Positions 52,578-64,000 of a DNA stretch of 64,000 bases are shown here, one piece after another; within the stretch, counting starts at the first letter, position 1; every line of letters starts with the position of its first letter. This stretch comes from the human T2T-CHM13v2.0 reference genome, Homo sapiens. The translations under genes and the position numbers were made by a program. The DNA lies in assembly GCA_009914755.4 (NCBI GenBank), contig CP086569.2, positions 15,008,001 to 15,072,000 on the forward strand, given 5' to 3'. Under the pieces are notes generated by a model that had not been told where the DNA came from, searched no databases, and worked only from the letters and a program-made list of their open reading frames with translations.

Positions 52578-54302
52578 TGTGAAGGAGCTGGAACTCAGAT
52601 ACATTTGTGAAGGACCTGTTCCAGGAGAACTAAAAACCACTGCTCAATGAAATAAAAAAGGACACAAACAAATGGAGGAACATTCCATGTTCATGGATAG
52701 GAAGAATCAATATCATGAAAATGGCCATACTACCCAAGGTAATTTATAGATTCAATGCCATCCCTATCAAGCTACCAATGACTTTCTTCACAGAATTGTA
52801 AAAAAACTATTTTAAAGATCATATGGAACCAAAAAAGAGCCTGCATTGCCAAAACAATTCTAAGCCAAAAGAACAAAGCTGGAGGCATCATGCTACCTGA
52901 CTTCAAACTATACTACAAGGCTACGCTAACAAAAATAGCATGGTACTGGTACCAAAACAGAGGTATAGACCAATGGAACAAAACAGAACCCTCAGAAATA
53001 ATACCACACGTCTACAACCACCTGATCTTTGACAAACCTGAGAAAAACAAGCAATGGGGAAAGGATTCCCTATTTAATAAATGGTGCTGGGAAAACTGGC
53101 TAGCCATATGTAGAAAGCTGAAACTGGATCCCTTCCTTACATCTTATACAAAAATTAATTCAAGATGGATTGAAGACTTACATGTTAGACCAACAACCAT
53201 AAAAACCCTAGAAGAAAACCTAGGCAATACCATTAAAGACATAGGCATGGGCAAGGACTTCATGTTTAAAATACCAAAAGCAATGACAACAAAAGCCAAA
53301 ATGGACAAATTGGATCTAATTTAACTAAAGAGCTTCTGCACCGCAGAAGAAACCACCATCAGAGTCAACAGGCCACCTACAGAATAGGAGAAAATTTTTG
53401 CAATCTACTCATCTGACAAAGGGCTAATATCCAGAGTCTATAAAAAACCCAAACAAATTTACAAGAAAAAATCAAATAACCCCATCAAAAAGTGGGTGAA
53501 GGATATGAACAGACACTTCTCAAAAGAAGACATTTATGCAGCCAAGAGACACATGAAAAAATGCTCATCATCACTGGCCACCAGAGAAATGCAAATCAAA
53601 ACCACAATGAGATACCATCTCACACCAGTTAGAATGGCCATCATTAAAAAGTCAGGAAACAACAGGTGCTAGAGAAGATGTGGAGAAATAGGAACACTTT
53701 TACACTGTTGGTGGGACTGTAAACTAGTTCAACCATTGTGGAAGACAGTGTGGCTATTCTTCAAGGATCTAGAACAAGAAATACCATTTGACCCAGCCAT
53801 CTCATTACTGGATATATACCCAAAGGATTATAAATCATGCTACTATAAAGACACATGCACAGGTATGTTCATTGTGGCACTATTCACAATAGCAAAGACT
53901 TGGAACCAACCCAAATGTCCATCAATGATAGACTGTATTAAGAAAAGTGGCCTATCTACACCATGGGATACTATGCAGTTCATGTCCTTTGTAAGGACAT
54001 GGATGAAGCTGGAAACCATCATTCTGAGCAAACTATCACAAGGACAAAAAACCAAACACCACATGTTCTCACTCATAGGTGGGAATTGAACAATGAGAAC
54101 ACTTGGACACAGAAAGGGGAACATCACACACTGGGCCTGTCATGGGGTGGGGGGAGGAGGGAGGGATAGTATTAGGAGACATACCTAATGTAAATGATGA
54201 GTTAATGGGTGCAGCACACCAACATGGCACATGTATATATATGTAACAAACCTGCACATTGTGCACATGTACCCTAGAACTTAAAGTATAAGTAAAAAAA
54301 AA
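52578..54302 (+). mobile_element. 5'-truncated L1PA-type LINE-1 3' fragment (ORF2 C-terminal about 575 codons plus 3'UTR plus poly-A), nested in the old L1
   Basis: High identity to young-L1 ORF2: ...KNIPCSW(mut)...[24 protein letters not shown]...[111 protein letters not shown]...[22 protein letters not shown]...WKTVWLFFKDLEQEIPFDPAISLLDIYPKDYKSCYYKDTCTGMFIVALFTIAKTWNQPKCPSMID...FMSFVRTWMKLETIILSKLSQGQKTKHHMFSLIGGN. 3'UTR ends ...gtaccctagaacttaaagtataagtaaaaaaaaaaag. Contains ORFs 52890..53324 and 53736..54089. Confidence 0.9.
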
Positions 54303-54581
54303 AAGTTCCAAATTATATCTCAAAAGAGGGAAAAAATTCATAGTGTATTTTCATAAGCCCTGTTGAAGGTGAGTTTTTAGTCTTCTGGTTTCTAACCTTA
54401 CTCCTATTACAGATAACTTTAATACCACAGACATGTTGTATATATGCATTTATGTAAGTAAAACATACATTATGTATATTTATGCTTCATAAATAGAGGG
54501 AGGTTTTCTCTTCCCAAGAAAGAACCCTTTCTTTGTCCCTATGGGGTGATTTGTTTCACTCTGAGTATGCTTTCTTTAGAT

Positions 54582-54738
54582 TGGTGCTGTCCAGTAAAAT
54601 TTGCTGGGATGATGGAAATATTCTCTAAAATGAAAAACCTAGTATCCACATATGTCTAGAGAATGGGTTTTAAAATTGAATTAATTTTGATTGATTTAAA
54701 TATACATATATGGCAAGCTGTTACCACATTGGACAGCA
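54582..54738. repeat. Short palindromic (MITE-like) interspersed repeat with terminal inverted repeats tgctgtccagt / attggacagca
   Basis: tggtgctgtccagtaaaatttgctgggatgatgg...tagtatccacatatgtctagagaatgggttttaaaattgaattaattttgattgatttaaatatacatatatggcaagctgttaccacattggacagcatag. The architecture resembles a known human palindromic repeat family (...ccacatgtggctatttaaatttaaattaatt...) whose name I cannot recall with confidence. Confidence 0.4.
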
Positions 54739-56247
54739 TAGTTCCAGAGGATTAATGAAGTAAATGATTAAACACAAGTATATGAAGAAGAGTCTTCTGT
54801 AAAATCCCTATTGGTAGCTAGTGAGATTGCTAGAGAGGCACAGAACTGCAGTCATAGTTTTCAACCAAGGCCATCATTGCCTACACTCCCTTCACCCTGG
54901 AGATATCTGGCAACTCCTGAAGACATTCTGGTTTGTCACAGTGGGAGAGGTGCTTCATGTGCCAACAGTAACCAGTGAGTAGAAAATCCAGGGATCAGAA
55001 TAATAATTCCTGCACAAAATTATTCAGCTGCAGGCCCAACAGTTCAACATTGAGAAACTGCAGTGAAGATAGTTTAGCTGAACACGAAGCTTGGAATTTA
55101 AGCCTCTTCCGACATTTCTTTCCTTGCACTTTGGCAAGAAACAGGGCTGAGAACCTGGCTTCTTGTCATTATCTTTAAAAGCATATTGGAGCTACAACAC
55201 TCAGCCAAGGTGTATATTAGGTCTGCCTCTTGAGACGTTTTGGAGTTCTGTCAAACAAGAATACAAATAATACTTTGGATAGTATCTTTACTCTCTGTTT
55301 CCCTTAGAGTATGAAAAAACAGCTCATACAATGACTGTGTGTTCCTGAAAATCTATAATGCATGCCTCTCAAATTAAGGTGAAATAATCACCCTCCTGAA
55401 GCTGGAAAGAGTGACAGAAGAGTTTATTTAGCTTAGTTTCAGGTTAAAAAATATCATGAATGTTATTTTTATGCCAGTGTGGAGAATTGGCTCAGAAAAT
55501 TAGAATTGGTAAGAAACTTTCTGAGGCTGTGCATGAAAAGTTTACTTTCTCTACCTAAGTGTCTGGTTAGGCTAACTGTGGAAATGTGATAGGGCAAGTT
55601 CACAAATATTTGCACTCTCAATTGACAGAAACTTAAAGACATAGAAAGAAAGAGGTCTAAGATCTCTGGGAGAAGTAAAGGAAAACCTGGAGATCATAAT
55701 ATAGTGGAGTGGATTAAATTACAAAACCAGTTTGTGACAATTCACTTAGTGTCTGCATCTCTATTTTGTTTTTATGGTATAAGCTTTGTCACTGTGAGCA
55801 ATGCATAGCATTAAATATTTTGGGGAAAGTAATAGAAGAAATATCACAGAAAAAAAGTGGTTACAAAGAAGCTTGTGTCTCTGTCAGAGGAGTCTTATAG
55901 TCTGACAGTGGATCCCCATTTTATATGGGTAGGGGTATTTATTCATACTACTGGGGGATCTCAGAAAAAGAATTTATATGGAGTGCAAATTAGTGTCAAG
56001 TTTTCTCTTATTAATGACATTTAGTTGCCTGGAAACTAAAAGAAACTACAAATAGAATTTAAGTCACAAAAGTGGTTAGATATTTTCAAAGAGAATGCAT
56101 TTGCACTTATTAGTCAGCTGGGTAGGTTTTCCTTTTCAACAGCACGGTGATCCTAAATTTGATTAGAGCCCTCAAATGTAGGGATGAAGATTCTTCAATT
56201 TCCTCAGGTTGAATTTAATCACTTTTTATTTTTTATATTTAAAAAAT

Positions 56248-56378
56248 TTTTGGAGACAGGGTCTCAGTCTATCACCCCAGGTGGCATGCAGTGGTGTGAT
56301 CATAGCACACTGTAGTCTCAAACTACTGGGATCAAGAAATCCTCCCACCTCAGCCTCCTGAGTAGCTTGGACTACAGT
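56248..56378 (-). mobile_element. Truncated Alu (right-arm portion only, antisense); truncation coincides with the inferred 5' edge of the ERV LTR
   Basis: ttttggagacagggtctcagtctatcaccccaggtggcatgcagtggtgtgatcatagcacactgtagtctcaaactactgggatcaagaaatcctcccacctcagcctcctgagtagcttggactacag, then Alu identity stops (expected continuation ...gcgcccgccaccacgcc is absent). Confidence 0.75.
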
Positions 56379-56379
56379 T

Positions 56380-57437
56380 ATGCACTGCAATACCTGTCCA
56401 AACACCTTTTAGCTGTGGATCAATACTCAGCTGTGGATGAGAAGCCCCTAGAACAAAACATCACAGTTGTCATTCATTATGCAACTCTGCTAAAAGTTAA
56501 AATGGGGCCTCAAGATGCCCAGAAATTTCACATTTCTGAAATGTACTAAAGAATCAGCCAATTCCCTGGAGAAATCTGTTGCTTAAGGGTTGCACCAATG
56601 GAAAAACATCTCTCTCCTAAGGTATCTAGAAATCTCCAGGGAGGAGCAAAACCTAGAGAAGCCCAAAGGAGGAAAACTGTTTAAAGATCTTGAGGCAAAA
56701 GAAAGACGACAAAAGGAAAGGCTTTGTTTTGAGACAATTGTTCATATATTTCCCACCTCCTGCTTTAAGCTTTTGTTATTGTTGATAAAAAGATCCTTTG
56801 AGCTTTAGGAGGTGAGATAGGGATTTTACAAAATAAAAGGAGAAAAAGGCACCAGCTGTAATTCTTTTCTTAACTGAGTCTTACAAGGAATTCCATTGAG
56901 AGTTGTAGCCAGCTAGACTTCCTCGGTCAACTGGGGACTTGGAGAAAATTTCTGTCTTACAAGAGTATTGTTAAATGAACCAATCAGGAACTTTCCTGAC
57001 TTACAAGAGGACTGTAAAATGCACCAATCATTGCTCTTTAAAATGCACCAATCAGTGCTCTGTAAAATGCACCAATCAGCACTCTCTAAAATGCAGCAAT
57101 CAGTGCTCTGTAAATTGCACCAATTAACAGAATTCTAAAAGTAGCAAATCATAGGAAGGATTGAAAAAAGGGCAAGATAAGACAGAAATGGAACATGGGA
57201 GGGGACAATAAAGGAATAAAAGCTGGCCATCCCAGCTAGCTGTGGCAACCCACTGGGGTCCCCTTCAATGCTGTGGAAGCCTTGTCATTTTGCTCTTCAC
57301 AATAAACTTTGCTACCATTCATTCTTTGGGCCCATGCCATCTTTAAGAGCTGTAATGCTCACCATGAAGGTCTTTGGCTTCATTCTTGAAGACAGCAAGA
57401 CCACGAATCCACCAGCAGAAACCAACTCTGGACTCAA
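56380..57437 (+). mobile_element. ERV 5' LTR (LTR12-family-like, ERV9 type). The 5' boundary is inferred from the Alu truncation. U3 holds CCAAT-box tandem repeats, a TATA-like aataaaag at 57215-57222, and an R-region AATAAA at 57301-57306.
   Basis: U3: ...cttacaagagtattgttaaatgaaccaatcagg...cttacaagaggactgtaaaatgcaccaatcattgctctttaaaatgcaccaatcagtgctctgtaaaatgcaccaatcagcactctctaaaatgcagcaatcagtgctctgtaaattgcaccaattaac. Then ggggacaataaaggaataaaagctggccatcccagctagctgtggcaacccactggggtcccc. The LTR is immediately followed by the PBS. Confidence 0.55.
56990..57115 (+). promoter_or_regulatory. U3 tandem repeats (about 21-bp unit tgtaaaatgcaccaatcagtgctc, 5 copies), each with a CCAAT box; ERV9-type enhancer/promoter repeats
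   Basis: The repeats are seen directly. The enhancer function of ERV9 U3 CCAAT/GATA repeats is established knowledge (for example the ERV9 LTR upstream of the beta-globin LCR). Confidence 0.65.
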
Positions 57438-57455
57438 CTTGGGGGTTTGTCTGGG
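57438..57455 (+). other. Primer-binding site, tRNA-Pro-like (tgggggtttgtctgggat, about 15/18 to TGGGGGCTCGTCCGGGAT)
   Basis: Sits immediately 3' of the LTR U5 end (...ctggactcaact). The match to the Pro PBS is recalled from the MLV PBS; the tRNA assignment is tentative. Confidence 0.45.
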
Positions 57456-58899
57456 ATATTGCCATGTGGTGAGTACCATCGGATCTCTTTCACTTGCTAT
57501 TCTGTCCTATTTTTCCTTAGAATTTGGGGGCTAAACACCACGCATCTGTCAGCCAGTTAAAAGTGACTAGTGCAGCCACTGGGCTAAAGACACAGGTGTC
57601 AAGCTTTCTGGAAAAGGTCTCTTTAACAACCCATGACTCTTTGGAGTCAGGAGCATTGGTTTGCCTGTAACCAGCTTCCGCTTTTCCTGCACTTCTGGGC
57701 TGAGCCAAGGGTTGACAAACAAGCAAGCCATTGAGATCTGGGGTCCTGACAAAAAGTTGGTTGACCCTGCAGCCATGTGCAGAACTCTCAAACTTATGTC
57801 ACCAAAGCAAGACTTGCCCATCTATTCTATCTATCCTGACCCTTGCCTCTTGGGTCCTAATGCCTGTCAGACAAACTTCCTCTGACTTCTCTTCTCTGAG
57901 GCTAGTGACACTTCTAAAAACCACTTCCTTTCCCTGGTGCTCTTCTAGTTTCTTCTATAAGAATAATTTTTAATATAAATTTCAGGACTCTGTTCCCTTA
58001 TTTAGGCACCTGGGCTTACCAATTAGAAAGACATATTTGCCGAAATCCCTGTTGTATGGGGACTATCTGGAATTTTAGGATCTGTCCTCAGACTGGCAGG
58101 CCTAACAAATGCTATTCCTGAAGCTAGGATATGGGGAGCCTTAGAAATTATAGACTCTGAAATTGGGGGCTATATGCTTTCTATTCACATAATGAGAAGT
58201 GAGGAAAAATGCTGTCACCCTTCCAAACCTGGAGATGCATTCTCTCCTTCAGTGCATAGTCCTGCACTACATTTTGAGGCATATCATCTTTATAGGACAA
58301 GGGTAAGGTGCCAATACCAACTAGAGAAAACACTTAGGACTCTAACAGATTTTCAAGAATGCGTCAGCAAGAAACACTAAATCTGACCTTTCTTGGCCTC
58401 TTTGTGGTCTAAGAGGAATGGCAAGGTTGCAGGTTTTTCAGAATGCATTGGTAAGGGCCACTAAATCCATCCTTCCTTGGTTCTCTTTGTGGTCTAGGAG
58501 ATAAACAAGTGGTTCCACTGCTGCTTCAGTGGGCACAACTATTCCAAACAGCAGAGTTCAGGGACTGTTGCAGGTTCTTGGGTAATGGAAAAAAAAAAAA
58601 AAAAAAAGGCCACAACCATGGGCAGTTTTTTCTTTCAGATGGAAAATATTCAGGCTTCAACAAGCTCACCCTTGAAATTCATTGTAAGCCATTGGGACCA
58701 ATTTGATCCACAAATCCTGAAAAAGAAGTGGCTTATTTTTGTTTTCTGCCCCCAGTATTTTCTCTCTGATGGGGAAAAATGGCCACCTGAGGGAAGTATA
58801 AATGACTATACTATCCTGTAGCTTGACCTTTTCTGTAAGAGGGAAGGCTAATGGAGTGAAATAGTTTATGTCCAAGATTTCTTTTCATCGAAGGATAAT

Positions 58900-60000
58900 C
58901 CACAACTATGCAAAGCTTGCAAATTACATTCCACAGGAGGACCTCTCAGATTACCTTCATATCCTGCCTCCTTACAGCTCTTCTTCCTATTAATGATAAG
59001 CCTCCTCTAATTTCCCCACCCAGAAGAAAACAAGCAAATAAATCTCCAAGGTACCACAAACCCCCTGGGCTATCAGTTATGCCCCCTTCAAGCTGTAGTG
59101 GGGGAAGGGAATTTGGCCCAACCTGGATACATGTCCCCTTCTTTCTCTCTGATATAAAGCAGATCAAGGTAGACCCAGGGAAGTTTTCAGATGATCCTGA
59201 TATGTATATAAATGTCCTACAGGGTCTAGGGCAAACATTCACTCTCACTTGGAGAGATGTCATGCTATTATTAGATCAAACCTGCCTCTAAAGAAAAGAA
59301 TGTGACTTTACCTGCAGCCTGAGACTTTGGAGATACCTGGTATGTTAGTCTAGTAAATGATAGAATGACAGCTGAAGAAGGGAACAAATTCCCTACTGGT
59401 CAGCAAGCCTTCCCCCATATGGATCCCCACTGGAAACCTAGACTGAGATTATGGGGAATGGAGTTGCAAACACCTGTTTTCCTGGTTCTAGAAGGACTAA
59501 GGATAATTAGGAAAAAGCCCATGAATTATTCAGTGATGTCCACCATAACTGAGGGAAAGGAAGAAAATCCTACCACTTTCCTCAATAGACTATGGGAGGC
59601 CTTAAGCAAATATAATCCCCTGTCTCCCAACACTTTTGAGGGTCAATTGATCCTAAAAGATAAGTTTATTACCTAATCAGCTGCAGAGATCAGGAGAAAG
59701 CTCCAAAAGCTAGCCCTGGGCCCTGAACAAAATTTGGAGGTATTATTAAACCTGGCAACCTCAGTGTTCTATAATAGGGACTAAGAGGAACAGGACAAAA
59801 AAGAAAAGCCAGAAAAGAGAAAGGCCACAGCCTTTGTCATGGCCCTCGGACAAACAAACCTTGGGGGTTAAGAGAAGACAGAAAACGGAGCAGGCCAATC
59901 AGCCAGTAGCATTTGTTTTCAGTGTGGTTTACAATAAAACCTTAAAGAAGATTGTCCAACAAGAAGCAAAATTCATCCTCGCCAATGTCCACTAAGCCAG
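58900..60000 (+). pseudogene. ERV gag remnant (p12/CA/NC), multiple stops and frameshifts
   Basis: ORFs 58908..59291 and 59365..59676 carry the gammaretroviral CA motifs listed above. NC-like ...CFQCGLQ*NLKEDCP... at about 59900. Confidence 0.75.
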
Positions 60001-60099
60001 GGCAATCACTGGAAGATGCACTATCCCAGAGGACAAAGGTTCTCTGAGCCAAAAGCCCCCAAGCACATGATCCAACGACAGGAATGAGGGTGCCCAAGG

Positions 60100-60430
60100 C
60101 AAGTGCCAGCTCATGACATCATGCTCACTGAGCCCCAGGTAAGTTAACCATTGAGGGCCAGGAAATTAACTTCTTCTTGGACATGGTTGGGGCTTTCTCA
60201 GTGTTAATCTCCTGCCCTGGACGGCTGTCCCCATGGTCTGTTGCCAACCCAGGAATCCTGGGTTAGCCTGTAACCAGGTATTTCTCCCACCTCCTCAGTT
60301 GTAACTGGGAGACTTATCTCTTTTCATGTGCCTTTCTCGTTATGTCTGAAAGTCCCACACCCTTATTAGGGAGAGACCTATTAGCTAAAGCTGGAACTAT
60401 TATCTATATGAATATGAGGAAAAAGTAACA
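60100..60430 (+). pseudogene. ERV protease remnant (active-site DTGA replaced by DMVGA)
   Basis: HDIMLTEPQVSLTIEGQEINFFLDMVGAFSVLISCPGRLS...PLLGRDLLAKAGTIIYMNMRK. Compare MLV PR ...LLDTGAQHSVL...LLGRDLL. Confidence 0.65.
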
Positions 60431-63300
60431 TATTTGTTGTCCCCTGCTGGAGAAAGGAATCAACCCTGAAGTCTGGGCATTGGAAGGACAATTCTAAAGG
60501 GCAAAAATCCCTACCCAGTCCCAATCAGGCTAAAAGACCCCACCACTTTTCCTTATCAAAGACAATATCCCTTAAGGCCCAAAGTTCATAAGGGATTACA
60601 GGATATTGTTAGATATTTAAAAGTTCAAGTCTTATTAAGAAAATGCAGCAGTCCCTGCCACACCCCAATTCTAGGAGTACAAAAGCCAAACGGTCACTGG
60701 ACCCTAGTGCAAGATCTTAGACTCAAAAATGAGGCAATAATTCCTCTATATCCAGTTGTACCCAGCCCCTATATACTGCTCTCTCAAATATCAGAGGAAG
60801 CAGAATGGTTCACTGTTCTGAACCTCAAGGATGCCTTTTTCTGCATTCTCCTGCACTCTGACTCCCAGTTTCTCTTTGCCTTTGGGGATCCTAAAGCACA
60901 CCTCCCAACTTACTTCGACAGTCTTGCCTCAAGGTTTTAGGGATAGCCCTCATTGTTTGGTCAGGCACTGGCCCAAGATCTAGGCCACTCCTCAAGTCCA
61001 GGCACTCTGGTCCTTTAGTATGTGGATGATTTACTTTTGGCTACCAGTTTGAAAGCCTCATGCTGACAGGCTACTCTAGATACCTTGAACTTTCTAGCTA
61101 ATCAAGGGTATATGTCCTCTAAATTTAAGGTCCAGCTCTGCCTAAAACAAGTTAAATATCTAGGCCTAATCAAAACCAGAGGTGCCAGGGCCCTCAGCAA
61201 TGAATGAATACAGCTATACTCACTTGTCCTTGCCCTAAAACATTAAAACCATTGCAGGGGTTCCTTGGGATCATCAGCTTTTGCTGACTATGAATACCTA
61301 GATACAGTGAGATGGCCAGGTGATTCTACACTCTAATCAAGGAGACCCAGAGGGCAAATACCAATCTAGTATAATGGGAACCAGAGGCAGAAACAGCCTT
61401 CAAAACCTTAAAGCAGGCCCTAGTACCAGCACCAGCCTTATGCCTTCCCAAAGGAACTTCTCTTTATACATCACAGAAAGAGCATGAATAACTCTTGGCA
61501 TCTTTACCCAGACTCATGGGACAACCCCATAACCAGTGGCATACCTAAGTAAGGAGACTGACGTAGTAGCAAAAGGCTGACCTCACTGTTTATGGGTAGT
61601 TGTGGTGGTGGCCATCTTAGCATCAGAGGCTATCAAAATAAAACAAGGGAAGGATCCTACTGTCTGGACTACTCATGAAGTAAATGGCTAGTAGGTACCA
61701 AAGGAAATTTATGGCTATCAGACAACTGCCTGCTTAGACATAAAGTAGTACTCCTTGAAGGACTGGTGCTTCAAATACACACATGTGGGCCCTCAACCCT
61801 GCTACTTTTCTCCCAGAGAATGGGGAACCAATAGAGTATGACTCCCAACAAATTGTAGCCCAGATTTTGCTGCCTGTGAGGATCTCTCAGAAGTCCCCTC
61901 AGCTAATTCTGACCTTAACATATATAGCATTGGAAGTTAATTTGTGGAGAATGAGATATCAAGGGCAGGTTATGCCATAGTTAGTGTTGTAACAGTACTT
62001 GAAAGTAAGACTCTTCCCCCAGGGACCTGTGCCCAGTTAGTGGAATTATTGGTGTTTACCCAAGCCTTAGAACTGGGAAAGGGAAAAAGATTAAATGTGA
62101 ATACAGATAGCAACTACACTTATCTAATCCTACATGCCCATGCTGCAATATAGAAGGAAAGGGAGTTCCTAATCTCTGGGGGAACCCCCATTAAATACCA
62201 CAAGGAAATCATGGAGTTACTGCACACAGTGCAAAAACCCAAGGAGGTGGCAATCTTACACTGCTGAAGCCATCAAAAAAGTGAAGGAGAAAAAGCCATA
62301 AAAAAGGAGAAGAAGGAAAATGTCAGGCAGACACTGAGGCCAAAATTTCTGCCACACAGAACCTCCCATTAGAAATACCCATGGAAGTGCCCTTGGTATG
62401 GAACAACCCTCCCCAAGATATTAAGCCCCATTATTTCCCAACTGAAACAGAATGGGGCATTTCACGGAGGCATAGTTTTCTCCCCTCAGGATGGGTAATG
62501 ACATAAAAGTGAAAGGTTCACAAAAAAGGTTCACCCAAAGCCAGCCAGTGGAAAATACTTAAGACCCTCCACCAAACTTTTCATATGGGTATTGAGAATA
62601 CTCATAAAATGTCCAAGTCCCTATTTACAGGGCCAAATCTCCTCCAGAACATCTGGCAAGTAATCAAAGCCTGTGAGGTGTGCCAAAGGAATAATCCCTT
62701 GGTCCATTGTAAGGCTCCTCTGGGGGAGCAAAGAATAGGGCACTATCCCAGAGAGGACTGGCAGTTAGACTTCACCCATATGCCTAAGTCAAGGGGATTT
62801 CAATACTTGCTGGTCTATGTTGATACCTATACAAATTGGATAGAAGCTTTCCCCTGCAAGAGAGAGAAGACTCAGGAAGTGGTTAAAGTCATAATTCATG
62901 AAATAATTCTTAGATTTGGGCTTCCCCAAAACTTATAAAGTGACAATGTTTTGGCCTTTAAAGCCATGATAACTCAGGGAATTTCCAGGGTGCTAGGGAT
63001 ACAATATCATCTCCATTGCACCTGGAGGCCACAATCCTCAGGGAAGGTCGAGAAGGCAAATGAAACACTCAAGGTGCACATAAAGAATCTAACACAGGAA
63101 AGTCGTCTCCTATGGTCTACTCTCTTGCCTATGGCCTTGTTGAGAAACAAAAATTCTCCTCACAAAATGGGGCCCAGTGCACATAAAATGCTGTATGGAT
63201 GACCATTTCTCACAAATGTCCTCCTACTTGATCAGGAAACAGCCAACTTGGTCAAGGACATAACTTCTTTGGCAAATTATCAACAAAACCTTAAAAACCT
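60430..63300 (+). pseudogene. ERV pol remnant: reverse transcriptase (about 60430-61700), RNase H (about 61700-62250), integrase (about 62450-63300)
   Basis: RT finger/palm: PVPIRLKDPTTFPYQRQYPL...QDLRLKNEAIIPLYPVVPSPYILLSQI...WFTVLNLKDAFFCILLH...YVDDLLLAT. Thumb: KQVKYLGLI. RNase H: GQVMP*LVL*QYLKVRLFPQGPVPS*WNYWCLPKP*NWERE-KD*MWIQIATTLI*SYMPMLQ, which aligns to MLV [39 protein letters not shown] only via the frameshifted reading LPPGTCAQLVELLVFTQALELGKGKRLNVNTDSNYTY. IN: ORFs 62585..62938 and 62951..63202 with HHCC-like CEVCQRNNP and core DDE context. Confidence 0.85.
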
Positions 63301-63801
63301 ACCTGAAGAATGTCATGGAGAAAAGGAAACAGAGTTGTTCTAACCATGAGATCTAGTGTCGGTCTAGTCCCTCCCCTCTACCTCCCCATCTATGGATTCC
63401 TCGAGGGAAGAATCATACTCGGTAATCCTCTCTACCCCCACTGCAGTTAAGGTGGCAGGAGTGGAATATTGGATTCACCATATCCGAGTTAAACTTTCAG
63501 CACCCCCTAGGAACCTGTGGAACCATCAGCTCAGGAGTCCCAAGATCAGCCAGACCAGCCTTGATACACCCACAAACCATTGGAGGACTTTTGTCTCCTA
63601 TTTTGGAAGGAAACATCCCAGACTAAAAAGGCTCCTATAGCTGATCCTAAGGAAAAACCTCTTCCTATTTTAAAAGTTAAGTGAAAACCTACATAATCTT
63701 TAACACCTCTCCTTGCCTCTTTAATATACTCCTTTACTGTTTCATCCCTTTATTAAGCAGTATACTAACCACACTCTTTGCAGTTGGACTATATACTGTA
63801 G

Positions 63802-64000
<199 letters not shown>

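Noticed and set aside
56990-57115. Five regularly spaced 21-bp direct repeats that could superficially resemble a CRISPR-like array or a prokaryotic iteron
   Set aside because: Repeats are contiguous without unique spacers, sit in the U3 of a retroviral LTR, and match the CCAAT-box enhancer repeats of ERV9-type LTRs. The whole window is primate nuclear DNA (Alu, L1, HERV), so prokaryotic features are not expected.
62585-63640. ORFs 62585..62938, 62951..63202, 63392..63640 as possible independent host genes
   Set aside because: They are consecutive frames of the ERV integrase and pol C-terminus (HYPREDWQLDFTHMP...VYVDTYTNWIEAFP...KVEKANETLK), interrupted by stops. They are provirus remnants.

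Overview
This window reads as primate (human-type) nuclear DNA from a gene-poor, AT-rich, CpG-depleted region. It is a nested mosaic of interspersed repeats and I found no convincing cellular protein-coding exon, tRNA, rRNA or CpG-island promoter. Every long ORF in the six-frame track falls in a transposable-element remnant (L1 ORF1/ORF2, retroviral gag/pro/pol) or in a low-complexity tract (GGAA or CT repeats).

The main elements, in order:
- A LINE-1 of L1PA type with an intact 5' end but cut off inside the ORF2 endonuclease domain (860-3778).
- About 14 Alu elements.
- Several MaLR (THE1/MST-type) LTR elements, including a near full-length copy with both LTRs (26834-28930).
- A solo HERV-K-type LTR5 that split an Alu (31836-32859).
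- Older L1 fragments, one carrying a nested younger L1PA 3' fragment (52578-54302).
- Three hAT-type (MER5) DNA-transposon fragments and one MADE1 mariner MITE.
- An ERV9-like class I (gammaretrovirus-like) provirus, about 56380 to the window end: a 5' LTR with CCAAT-type tandem repeats, a Pro-like primer-binding site, and degenerate gag-pro-pol. Its env and 3' LTR lie beyond the window.

Structures not explained by a standard single repeat:
- A roughly 240-bp inverted duplication with a 560-bp spacer (38385-39424).
- A three-copy tandem array with a period of about 111 bp (44498-44826).
- A 340-bp GGAA/GGGA purine microsatellite with embedded duplicated motifs.
- A 525-bp pure polypyrimidine tract.
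- A (TATC)n short tandem repeat.
- A CA/GT quasi-palindrome.

I see no evidence of a prokaryote-style or otherwise undescribed gene system. The content is consistent with known human repeat classes. All coordinates are from manual reading, about +/-10 bp at repeat boundaries, and family names come from recalled consensus sequences rather than a database search.
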